In this document: piece after piece, positions 50,549 through 61,800 of the stretch
How positions within the stretch are numbered: position 1 is the stretch's first letter
Layout: each line of letters begins with the position of its first letter
Source of the DNA: Mustelus asterias
Lineage: Eukaryota
DNA length: 64,000 bases
Direction of reading: 5' to 3'
Assembly: GCF_964213995.1 (NCBI RefSeq)
Contig: NC_135830.1
Coordinates: 13,082,001 to 13,146,000 of the forward strand
Program-made: the position numbers and the translations under genes
The notes under the pieces: model-generated
Told to the model about the DNA's origin: nothing
Seen by the model: only the letters and a program-made list of their open reading frames with translations
Database searches by the model: none

Positions 50549-51000
50549 TTAAAAATTCAGAGAATATTTTACAGCGACATTATTTTTTAAAGTTAGAAAA
50601 GTGAATTTAACGATCGAGCTTCACATTGAGAACACAACACATGCACAGGGAATCCGTCAATATTTGTACATCTGTTACATACACCAGAAAGAGAAAACAG
50701 GACCTTAATAGAAAGAGGAATTAACAAATATGGATAAGGAATGAGAAAAGTTTCTTATTTATACATGATATTTAAACTATGGGGAAACTGTTAACCACAA
50801 TTACATTATAACAAAAAATGCCTCGTGCTTTTCACTCTGAAAACTGAAATACCGTCTATGATTGTCTCAGTTACAGATTCAGAATGATAAACTGAGAGAA
50901 TTTTACTGATAGAGTCACCAAGAGCAGATATTGTATTTGTGTCATACGGAGATCATAATAATCAGCTGAGGGAAATCTGCAGCTTCCAAAATTCAACCCA

Positions 51001-51009
51001 TCACTTGAT
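51001..51009 (-). CDS. IGHM: IgM heavy chain TM2 exon (I-K-stop)
   Basis: TTCTTTTACAG/ATC AAG TGA, 136 nt downstream of the TM1 donor. Confidence 0.85.
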   Translation of the reverse strand: MK

Positions 51010-51145
51010 CTGTAAAAGAAAGATACAATAATGAAGCAGTTGTTTATGATGCGGGATATTAAAGTTAGAGTTTTTAATGGAACATTGAGAGATTTTTCAA
51101 ATCCATTCTGTCAGTTTGATATGTGAGTGCATTCAATCATCTCAC

Positions 51146-51273
51146 CTTCACCAGAGTGACTGCAGTGCTGTAGAAAATGCTCAGGAAGAACAGGACAATG
51201 AATGTGGAAGCCGTTGTCCAGATGTTACTGTTATCATCCTCATTGTCTTCAATCCAGATGCGGTCGGTGGAGT
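51146..51273 (-). CDS. IGHM: IgM heavy chain TM1 exon
   Basis: CCCTAG acceptor and AAG/GTGAG donor. Translates (D)STDRIWIEDNEDDNSNIWTTASTFIVLFFLSIFYSTAVTLVK, the conserved antigen-receptor TM motif. Confidence 0.95.
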
Positions 51274-51849
51274 CTAGGGGACGGAGACCAGGATATTAAA
51301 TTAGATTACTTTATTTATCCAGCTAATCTTATTGTTATTTTTCTTTTCCCCGTTCTCCTTTTTAAACTGTTCATTTATTCTTGAACCTAATTTTCAATGT
51401 ATACCTACTCTTAAGCTCAGGACACTCAGTAACCGATCTCCGTAACTATTTTCACACCTGATCTTTATTGACATTCCTTGGACAGTCCATGTCAGAAAGC
51501 ACTGAGGATGTTTTCTTGAAAATCAGTTGATTTTTTGACAATTCGGAACTATCCCTTATTGAAGAGTATTATCACTGATATCGAGGAACGTTCACTAATC
51601 AATGATTGTTTTCACAGATGGTTACTGATCTGTAAACTGTGAATGTTGTTGTTTAAGAGTTGGGATGTAATTTCCGATCTGTGCTTCTTTATGGTGGAAA
51701 TGTTTAGTAGATCGTGAGCTTAATTCAGTTTCTCAGCGTGTTTATCTGTTCATTGTACATTGGGATAATAAATCTGTGGATATCTCCATTAAAAAGTCAC
51801 GTTTAAATTTTACTTTCATCATTTGCCTACCGTTTGTATTGAAGATTTT

Positions 51850-53271
51850 GCATTTGTGTGCGTGTGCATGAGCATCTCGTGCTCTGCATTAATCTTTGGC
51901 TCTGAGTTAATATGTGATTATGAGTGTTAATGTGCGCGTACATTTGCCAGTGATTGTTGATTTGTGTAGTTGTGTGTCTGCATCTGTGCACATATTTTAT
52001 TCTTTTGTCATTGTGTGTATATGACTCTATTATTGTGTGAAGTCTATGAATATATATTAATGCCACTATTAATGCGTGCACATGTGTTTATGCCTATTGC
52101 TATGTGTTAATTTCTGTCACTCTAATAATGTTTGTTTCCCTTTCTGTGGAGTTGCCGGCGTTGGACTGGGGTCGGCACAGTAAGTAGTCTCACAACTCCA
52201 GGTTAAAGTCCAACAGGTTTATTTGGTTACACGAGCTTTCGGAGCGTTGCCCCTTCATCAGGTGACTACTTACTGTTTCCCTTTCTGTGTGCGTCTGTTT
52301 CTCCATGTGTCTGTGTGCACGCCTGTTAACATGTCAGTGTATGTATACACGTGTTGACATTCTTTATAACGGTGCGTTGATGTTTATTTGTGTTTCGATG
52401 TGTAGTAATGTGTGCTATGGTGTTCTGTTCTATGAGCATGTTAATGTTTGCGTCTACATGTTTGTGTGTAAATGTTTTGCTGTCTGTTCTTCTGTATGCA
52501 GTCTGGTGATTTGTTTATATGTATTTCCATATATGTTTGTGAATGTGTATAACATTGTGTGCCTTTATATCTATATTCCTATCAGCGTGAACGTGTGCTA
52601 ATATATGTATTTATTTGAGTCTAAGTATGTGCTTGTGTATTTATGTGGGTCTGCATGCGTGTGTATCTGTCTGTATTGTGTCTATGCATGTATGTGTTTG
52701 TGTTTGGGTCTGTACCTACTCACGTATGTGTATGTGTATGTACTTGTGTGTTTCATGTGTACATGTGTGCGTTTGTACATATTTGATTATGTGTGTGTAT
52801 GTTGTTGTTTTAGTGTCTGTTTGTACAAGAGCGCGTGTCTATGTGTTCGTATGTGAGTTTAGAAGGATGAGGGGTGATCTTATAGAGACATATAAGATAA
52901 TGAAGGGGCTGGATAGGGTAGAGGTGGCGAGATTCTTTCCACTTAGAAGGGAAACCAGAACTAGAGGGCACAGCCTCAAAATAAGGGGGGGCCGGTTCAG
53001 AACAGAGTTGAGGGGGAACTTCTTCTCTCAGAGGGTAGTGAATCTCTGGAATTCTCTGCCCATTGAAGTGGTGGAGGCTTCCTCGTTGAATATGCTTAAA
53101 TCACGGGTAGATAGTTTTCTGATCGATAAGGGAATTAGGGGATATGGGGAGCAGGCGGGTAAGTGGAACTGATTCGCTTCAGATCAGCCATGATCTTGTT
53201 GAATGGCGGGGCAGGCTCGAAGGGCCAGATGGCCGACTCCTGCTCCTATTTCTTATGTTCTTATGTTCTTA

Positions 53272-53302
<31 letters not shown>

Positions 53303-53810
53303 GTATGTGTGTGAGAGAGAAAGAGAGAGAGAGAATGGGTGTGTCCCTATGTATATTTGTGTACGGATGTGTTTGTGTCTGGGTGTATTTTTGTGTGGGT
53401 GTATTTGTGTAAGTGTGTATTTTTGTTTGTGCATGTTTTGCCCATCAGTGCATTTGTGTGTGCATTCTTGTTTCTCTGCATGTGTGTTCGTCTGTGCAAG
53501 TATTGAGTGTACCTATGGTGTGTGAAAGTGTATCTGTTGTGTATTTGTGTGTTTCTGTGTCTGTATTTGAATGTGCCTGTCCCTATTTCTGTATATGTAT
53601 GTGTGTGGGGGTATATGCATGCGTTTGTGTGTGTATATTTACATGTGTCTTTCTGTATTTGTGTGCATATGTGTGAGTATGTGTATTTGTGTGTGTAGTT
53701 GTGCATTTGTGTCGATGTGTGTGTGAGTGTGAGTGTGTGTGTGCGCGCTTATGTGTGTATTTATAATTGTGACAGTTTTGTGGAGTATTGTCAGTGTGTG
53801 TATTTTTTAG
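51850..53810. repeat. Degenerate (TG)n/(TGTA)n low-complexity tract in the CH4-TM1 intron
   Basis: Long TG-rich simple sequence interrupted by a Penelope end (52150-52265) and a CR1 end (52856-53271). Confidence 0.85.
52230..52264 (-). ncRNA. Minimal hammerhead ribozyme motif (Penelope-associated), sense to the IgM pre-mRNA
   Basis: CAC-CTGATGA-A-GGGGC-AAC-GCTCC-GAAA-GCTC-GTG. Stem I CAC/GTG covaries with CAT/ATG in the other copies. Confidence 0.65.
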
Positions 53811-54864
53811 CTGTTGCTCCAAGTTTCACCGCAATCATTAACTGAAAATGATCCAAACAATACGAATAATGGAGCATATTTTCAATGTTTTGCTGTATGA
53901 ATGTAGTTTATGTGAGTGGCACGGAGATATCGGGAGAACGAATGAAATCATTCATTGATGCATCTCAGAAACATCAGGGACAGAACAGTAAAAACCGGGG
54001 AGGATTCAACCATTTGTTTCAATTTGCATTATGGGAAATCAATGCCAGGACATGATTAACAGGAACAAGAGTGCAGAAACATTTTAAAATTATGTTGCAT
54101 AAGTATATGTGCATCACATTGATTAGGATAATGATACTTCAAACTCTGCAGCAAATAAGCCAGAAGCTAATTTGTACTGTTGGCAACTGGGTTCTTCTAG
54201 TAGAGAGCTGGTCCCTTCCAAACACGTTACTTGCGAAGAGGGAGGAGAGTGAGCTCATAATTTCCCTCTCTCTACCCGGTGAAGCAATGTGCCTGATGGT
54301 TCTAACCACTGACGAGGTGGAGGTGAGTGGATTAAATAATGACATTCCTCCTCTTTTCATTGAGGAAGTGGTGGTACATGGGTTAGCTACTGCTCCTCCC
54401 CTCTCTTTGTTGGGTGAGTAGGAATCCGGTATGTTCACAATTTCACTCTCCCCTCTCTCTGATGGGGGGGATTGTTGCTCCATGTTTGTGTGTGACCCTC
54501 ACTTCAGTTCCCAGTGGGTGTGGTGCAGCAGCTTAAAGCTGACATCAATGGTAAAGGCATGGACAATGAGAGAAGCAGGAACACCGAGATCTAAATTGTG
54601 TTTGTTTGTCAGAAATGTTGAAATTGTCAGATTTCTCCTCAGTGGGAGGAAAGTCGGTGAAGATATTTTGCAGAATCCTGTAATGAATGTGCTCTACTCT
54701 GTCTCTAACCCAGGGTGTATCTGAGCTGGGTGCACTGGTTCAACAAGGCTTGGGCCCGAGACGTGAAAATACCTGACTCAAACCAAAGATACATAGTGGA
54801 AGTAAAATTGAAAACCAATCAATTAAGCAATTGGGTATTTCATTTATCGTTGGAGGAAAAAGAT

Positions 54865-54879
54865 TTTATTCTTTTTATT
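54865..54879 (-). terminator. Polyadenylation signals for secreted IgM
   Basis: Two AATAAA hexamers (54874-54879 and 54865-54870), 28-37 nt after the secretory stop. Confidence 0.8.
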
Positions 54880-54906
54880 GAAGTTTTTAATGTAACCGAG
54901 TGATTC

Positions 54907-55298
54907 TCATTGACATGAATTAACGGTGTCCATCAGTGCAAGGGAAATGTTCACAAAACTGGGTTTACCGCTGGATTTGTCAACTGTTCTGTTGATGATC
55001 TTCAAGGGGATGGCTTCATGTCCCACCACACAGGAGTAAGAAGCGCCGCTGGACCATTCCTCTGCTGCAATGGATAACAGGCTGTACATGAAGAAGGAGC
55101 TATTCCCGCTCTCCGCGACCACCTCGGTGTTCTTATAGTTCCCAGGATTCACCGGCTTGTCGTTGACGGTCCACTTGACGAAGATCTCTCGAGGGGAGAA
55201 ACGTCTCACTAAGCAGCTGAGGGAGACGAATCTCTGAGCGGAGACTTCTTCTGCCGAGGGCAGGAGGACAGAGACGAACGGTTCCCGCGGATTTGGAT
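54907..55298 (-). CDS. IGHM: IgM heavy chain CH4 exon plus secretory tailpiece
   Basis: TTCTGCAG acceptor. (D)[42 protein letters not shown]…[23 protein letters not shown]. Internal donor G/GTAAAC at 54969/54968. Tail [20 protein letters not shown] has an N-glycan sequon and a penultimate Cys. Confidence 0.96.
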
Positions 55299-55799
55299 CT
55301 GCAGAAAATGTACAATAAATGTCAATAAACTGGAGAATTCTGGAGACAATGAAACTGCTGGCTAGATATCAGAAAAATGTGCTTCATTTCGATTTTAAAT
55401 GTTTCCATTTTTGACTTCCAGTTTGGAGCAGAGGTGAACACAATTATTTTCTCAAATAACTCAGGGGGCTGGACTGGGAAGTTTCAGAAAGTTTACAGCA
55501 CAGAATCAGGCTATTCGGCCCAACTGATCGGCTTTATTTTTGGTTTTCTGGTTTTTATGCTCCACATCAGGCTCCTCCCTCGTTATTCGATCTCAACCCA
55601 ATAACATCGCCTTCAGTTCACTTTTCATTCATCAACACATCAAATTTCCCCGTAAAAATATCTACAACCCCCAGTTTTTAGTTAGTAGAGTTTCCACTCA
55701 GGGGACACCATTAATGCACTGAATACTGAATATTGACCAGTACACTGACACTGGAAATAGACACAGTGACACATTTATTGCTTCAATCTCTGAGCTCAC

Positions 55800-56108
55800 C
55801 TGTTTCCTTGTGGATGGATTTTCTTAAAGGAGTCGGCAGATCCTGATGGCTCACCACGCAGTCAAACACAGCCGCACTCAGCCAGGCTTGTGTCGAGATG
55901 TTTAAGTTGCTGACCACGCTGTCAGGATTCGCTCCTGGCTTTTCGGCAATCTCTGATTTCAAATACTTCCTGTCTCGGATCCAGGACACATTGACTCCAT
56001 AAGGAGCATGAGAAATGATGCAGGTTAAGGTCACGGTCGCCTCCAGTAAGACCTGTTCTATTGGTGGTGGCTGTATCGTCACTGTGGTATCAGGGCACTG
56101 GGGAGGAT
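55800..56108 (-). CDS. IGHM: IgM heavy chain CH3 exon
   Basis: TTCACAG acceptor and G/GTGAG donor. C1-set domain: VTLTCII…VNVSW…[14 protein letters not shown]. Confidence 0.96.
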
Positions 56109-57021
56109 CTGTGAATGAAAAATGAAAATCAACCCTAGTTCCCTCTTCAGAAGCAGGACAGCAGTCTTCAGCCTGAAGGAGACGAAGTTGCCTTCGATAT
56201 ATCAACCTCTATCACCTTTCAACCTCTATGGAGGATGGAAAACCAGCCTGCTCTGTGAAATTATTCTCTTTTTGTTCAAGTATTTTAGCAGCGGTATCAT
56301 TCTCATGAATCAACATTGCAGTATTCCCCAACAAATATACCATTCCTGAACTCAGGAACCAAGTACTGGCAGTTAGTTTATAAGTAGGGTGGATGCACTT
56401 CCCAATATTTTACCCCTATGCTGTGACCTGTGAAACAGTCCGACACCGACTGTCTCTCCAAATCTTTCCAGCTGTCTCAGGAAAAAGCTGACATCAAGAC
56501 CACCTCGCTTACTATATTACTTCAAAATGGAAGGGAACACTATTTCAAGGGGAGGCAGTGGCATGGTGGTGTTGCCAATGGGCTTGTAACCCAGGGCACG
56601 ACTCTGGGGACACAGATTCGAATCTCACCACTGCAGATGGTGAAATTTGAATTTAGTAAAAATCTATGATTAAAAGTCAAATGATCATCATGAAGCCGTT
56701 GTTGTAAAAACCCACCTGGTTCACGAATGCCGTTTAGAAAAGTAAATCTGTTGTCTTTATCTGGCCTGGCATGCATGTGACTCCAGATCCACAGTAACGT
56801 GGTTGACACTTAAGTGGCCTCCGGGATGGGCCACAAATGCACATCTCATGAAGGAATAACAAAAATTGATGTTGTGATGAAGTTCTGAATGGGGCACTGT
56901 CCCAATGCAGCAAACTACATGACAATAACTTAGAAGTTGTTCTATGCTTTGTATTAACTTTAATAGATCCCTAATTTCGATTAACAGCGGAATAATTTTT
57001 TTCTCGGTTTGAGTCTCTTAC

Positions 57022-57333
57022 CCAGAGATCCGCTGATGTTCTGACTCTGAGTGAATCCTTGATGAGTGACCTGGCAGGTGTAGACCGCTTTGCTGAACCA
57101 TTCCTGAGCGGAGACTGTCAACCGACTGCTGGCCGAGAAGTTCCCATTCACTTCACAGGCGGGAGAGGTGACAATTCCTGAATTCATGGGTTGCCCATTC
57201 TTCAGCCACTCCACCGTCATTGACTTTGGCTGGAAATCAATGATTGAACAGACGATGGTTGCAAATTTTCTGCTGGTTATTTCTTCACTGGAACTCACGG
57301 TGAGGATAACGGTTGGGGTGATAACGATTGGGC
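57022..57333 (-). CDS. IGHM: IgM heavy chain CH2 exon
   Basis: GTTGAAG acceptor and G/GTAAG donor. [23 protein letters not shown]…YTCQVTH. Confidence 0.95.
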
Positions 57334-58292
57334 CTTCAACAAACAAATGTTCAGATGTTACTTGAAGATTCAATTGACATCAATTAAAATTAGTTCTTTT
57401 ATTTTAGCACGATAGCTGCCGATTTGAGAATTATATCCATGGTTTGGTTGAATTGGCAGAGAAATTCAACCGTCAAAAGTGCCACACAATGCATTTGGGA
57501 AGGGAAAACAAAGCAAGGAAATAAACTGGAATGTTAAGAGGGATTGAGGAAATGCAAGACCTTAGAGTGCACGTCCACAGGTCCTTGTAGATGGTAGGGC
57601 AGCTGGAAAAGTTGATCAAGAAAGCATATCGGATTAGTTCCTCTATTATGTGAGATATTGAATGCAAAAACAGTGATACAATGATGGAGCTGTATAAAAC
57701 CTAGTTAGGCCACGTTTGGAGTTTGCTGTACAGTTCTGGTCACCACGTTGCAGGAATAACGTAATGACTCTGGCGAGAGATGAGGTTTACAAGAATGTTG
57801 CCAGGGACTGAAAATTCCCGCCATGAGGCGAGATTGGATAGGCAGGGTTTGTTCTCTTTAGGAAAAGAGGAGGCTGAGGCGTGACATAATTGTGGTTCAC
57901 AAAAAAATAAGGGACGTAGGCAAAAATAATTCATTCCCCAAGTGGAGGGCTCAATTACCAGGGAGCATGGTCATTTAAAAGGTATCTGGGTCTGCATCTC
58001 AAGTGCTTTAAGCTGCAATGCTATGGAGCAAGGGCTGGAAAATAGACTTAACTTGTCTGGCTAGTTTATTTGTTCTCCCTTTTGGCCAGCACAGACATGA
58101 TGGGCTAAATGACCTCATTCTGCACAGTATCATTTCTGTTGTTCTTTGATTCTGAGCAACTTTTCAGTCAGGAGGCACTTACCTGGATTTTGCATAATTC
58201 AATTTTTCAGAATGCTACAGATCAGTTATAACTAAGGCCTTATACAGTTCAATCGGTGCGTTCCTGTCTTGCCCAAGTTCCACAACACTTAC

Positions 58293-58592
58293 ATTGCATT
58301 CCAATGCTCTTGACTGAGCCGCTGTGTCGAACCTCACAGTCGATTTTGCTGCACTTTCCCTTTGACTGGGTGATGGTTAACTGGCTGCTCAGGGTATAGG
58401 TTCCCTTCGTGTTTCTCACTGATGGGTAAGTCTTAAATCCAGTGGTGATCAGCTGTCCATTTTTCTTCCAGGTGAGACTGGTGATTTCTGGGGAGTAGTC
58501 CATCGCCAGACAGCCATAGGTGACGGAGCCGCCGGTGTTGTGTTGCTGACAGGAGGAGATCAGGCTGTAGAGAGTGGGCGGAGACGGTGTCG
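58293..58592 (-). CDS. IGHM: IgM heavy chain CH1 exon
   Basis: TTTCCCAG acceptor and T/GTAAG donor. (A)[16 protein letters not shown]…[19 protein letters not shown]…YTLSSQLTI…CEVRH, typical of shark Cmu1. Confidence 0.96.
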
Positions 58593-59569
58593 CTGGGAAA
58601 GAATAGTCGATTAAACAAGTTAGACTCTTATCTGCGTTTATTAATTTGTCAAACATATTTATACAAGTAAGTTTCTATATTAGGTATAGCTCTTGGGGCT
58701 AAAGGGATGAATGGATATGGGTAGTAGACGGGGTCAGGATATTGATGAGCTGTGATCAAAGTGAATGGTAGAGCAGGGTCAAAGGGCCGAATGGCCTACT
58801 CCTGCTTCTATTTTCTATGTTTCTACATCACGATTTGTCTCGAATTATGAACTTAACTTAATATTTCCCGATTAAGACCTACATACACCTTTCAGATTCT
58901 GTTACTCCTATCATTTGAGAATCGCCATCTTTGTAGAAACTCACATCACTGTCTCGACCTCTATCAGGTTGGAAAGACAAAAACATTTTGATGTCATTGT
59001 AATGACATACCATTCATTAGATTAACAGAGAAGTGTAAAGAGTTTCTCCATTACTTCAGGCACGAGCTATTTCTCAAACAACAGCACTTTGTGATGAAGA
59101 ACTTGTCTCTTCATTCATATCAGCCACTCACCTGATGAAAGAGCTCCAAAAGCTCACGATTCCAAATAAGCCTGTTGTACTTTAACCTGGTGTTGTGAGA
59201 CTCCTTACTGTGCCCACCCCAACCTAGCGTCGGCATATCCACATTGTAGTTTTGGCTATTGCCTGTGTTCAAACTAACTGATGTCCCTTCCTCTCTCCAA
59301 CTCACTGCCTCTCACTCCACAAAACGAAGATTGGTGACTTTGCTTCAAAACTACCTTCGGAATGAATACTTACTGAATGACCAGGAAACTCTCAATGTGA
59401 TTACAAATTCAAATAATTGCAACATTGTCTAATTGAAGGGTCAGACATTAATAGCAAGAGTTGGCCATTCGGGCCCTGAAGTCTCCTCCATTATTCACTG
59501 AGATTACAGATGATCTGGTTGTGGTGCTAGGTCTATTTTGCACATCCTCACTCCGCCCGTCGATCACCC

Positions 59570-60190
59570 ACTCTCTGCCCATTTTCCCCGACTCTCTGCG
59601 CTTTCCCCTGGCTCTCTGCTATTCCCTCTAGCTCTTTTCCCCTTTCACCCGGCTCTCCGCACTTCCACCTGGCTCTCTACACTTCCCTCCAGCTCTGTCC
59701 CCTCTCCCCCGGCTCCCTGCCCTTTCCCTCAGCTCCCTACCCTTTCCCCCGGCTCTTTGCCCGGTGTCCCTGCTCCCTATCCACTTTCCCCTTTCCCCTG
59801 GCTCTCTGCCCTTTCCCCCTGACTCTCTGCCTTTCCCCTTGACTCTCTGCCCTTTCCTCTGGGCTCTCTTGTCCTTTTCCTCGGCTCTCTGTCCTTTCCC
59901 CGGCCTCCCTGCCCTTTATCCTGGCTCTCTCCTCTTTCCCTGGTCTCTCTGTCCTTTCTCCTGGTTCTCTGCCCTTTCACCTGGCTCCCTGCCCTTTCTA
60001 TTAGCTCTCTGCCCTTTCTTCTGGCTCTCTGCGCTTTCTCCTGACTCTCTGCCCTTTCCCGGCTCTCAGCCCTGTTGCCCGGCTGTGGGCCCATTCCCCA
60101 GGCTCTCTGCCCTTCCCCCCCGGCTCTCTGCCCTTTACCACGCCTCCTGTTCTCCACGGCTCTTTGCCATTGTCCTTGGCCCTGAGCCCC
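59570..60190. repeat. ~20-bp tandem minisatellite, consensus near CCCTTTCCCCGGCTCTCTG
   Basis: About 30 degenerate units. Almost pure pyrimidine on +, and G/A-rich on the IgH sense strand. Confidence 0.9.
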
Positions 60191-60304
60191 CAGGGATTCC
60201 CCCCAGCTCTCCACATTCGCAGGGCAGCTCCCACATTTGAACACCAAACTAACTGCCGCTTGAGATCTTTCTTCTCTCTCGTTGCAGACCTCCACACACA
60301 GGTT

Positions 60305-61800
60305 TAGCGAGTGTGAGTGAGAGAATGTGAGTGCGTGAGGGTGAGCGATTGAAGGAGTGAGAGTGGATGAGTGATGGTGTGTGAGTGACGGAAGGTGGGT
60401 AAGTGAGGGTGAGTGAGTGAAGTTCTTTCAGTGAGGATGAGTGATTGAGGGTGAGTGAGTGAGTGTGGGTGAGAGAGCGTGACTAAATGAGGGTGTGTGA
60501 GAGAGGGTGGGTGAGTGAAGGTGGCTGAATGTGTGAGTGAAGGTGGGTGAGTGAGTGTCGGTAAGAGAGAATGAATGAGGGTGAGTGAGTGAGGATGCGT
60601 GAAGGTTAGTGAAGGTGGGTGAGTGAGAGCGAGTGAATGAGGGTGAGGAGTGAATGTGACTTAGTAAGTGAGGGTGAGAGAATGAGTGAGTCAGGGTGTG
60701 TTATTGAGGGTGGTGTGTGAGAGTGTGTGAGGGAGAATGAATGCGGATGGGTGGATGAGTGAAGGTGAGTGAGTAAAGGTGTTTGACTGAGGATGAGTGA
60801 TTGAGGATCTGTGAGTTAGGGTGGGTGAACGTGAGTGATGGTGAATATGTGAGGGTGTGTGAGTGAATGTAGGTGCGTGAGTCTCAGTGAGTTTGAATGG
60901 GTCAGGTGGCGTACGTGAGAGGGAGAGGGTAATTGAGCTTGAGTGTGTGGGGGTGCGTCTGGGTGAGTGAGGGTGGGTAAGTGGGGAGAGTGAGTGAGGG
61001 TGAGTGAGAGTGATTGAGACTGGATGAGTGAGGGAGGGTAAGTGCGGTGAGTGAGTGAGAGTGATTGAGACTGGATGAGTGAAGGTGGGTAAGTGGGGTG
61101 AATGAGGGTGAGTGAGAGTGAGTGAGACTGGATAAGTGAGGGTGGATAAGTGGACTGAGTGAGTGAGAGTGAGTGAGACTGGGTGAGTGAGGATGGGTTA
61201 GTGGGATGAGTGAACGAAGGTGACTATGAGCGTTGGTGAGTGACTGAGGCTCTGAGTGAGTGACTGAGGGTTAGTGAGTGAGGTTCAGTGAGTGATAGCG
61301 TGTGAGTGTGGGTGACTGAGTGACAGTGAGTGAATGAGGGTGTGTGAGGGCGAGTGAGTGTGAGTGAGTGAGTGCTGGTGAGTGAATGAGGGTGTGAATG
61401 TGAGTGAATGAGGGTGAGTGAGTGAGGATGGGTGAGAGTGAGAGAGCGAATGTGTGTGAGTGATTTTGAGTGAGTGAGGGTGTGAGGGTGAGTGACTCAG
61501 GGTGAATGAGGATCAGTGAGTTTCTGAGGTTGAGTGCGTGAAATTGAGTGTGTGAAGTTGAGTGTGTGAGGTTGAGTGTGTGAAATTGAGTGTGTGAGGG
61601 TGGATGAGTGAGCAAGGGTGAGTGAGTTGGGATGAGTGAGTTGGGATGAGTGAGTTGGGATTTGTGAGTGGGGATGAATGAGTGAGAGTGTGTCAGCGAG
61701 GGAAGGTGGATAAGTGAGGGTGAGTGAGTCAAGTTCTTTGAGTGAGGATGAGAGATTGAGGGTGAGTGAGTAAGTGTGGATGAGGGTGAGAGAGTCAGTG
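60305..61800. repeat. Degenerate (GAGT)n/(GAGGGT)n simple repeat
   Basis: 1.5 kb of GTGAGTGAGGGTGAGT-like units, nearly C-free on +. Confidence 0.9.

Noticed and set aside
52287-53822. Cys/Val-rich and His/Thr-rich ORFs (also 21-314, 59538-60297, 61271-61885, 63045-63868)
   Set aside because: These are translations of microsatellite or minisatellite DNA.
54907-58592. Assignment as IgW, IgNAR or the CH2-less IgM1gj
   Set aside because: Four C domains including CH2, the mu-type tailpiece and Cmu1-type sequence indicate conventional IgM.
59570-60190. CRISPR-like array
   Set aside because: Eukaryotic context, and the units are contiguous degenerate repeats without unique spacers.
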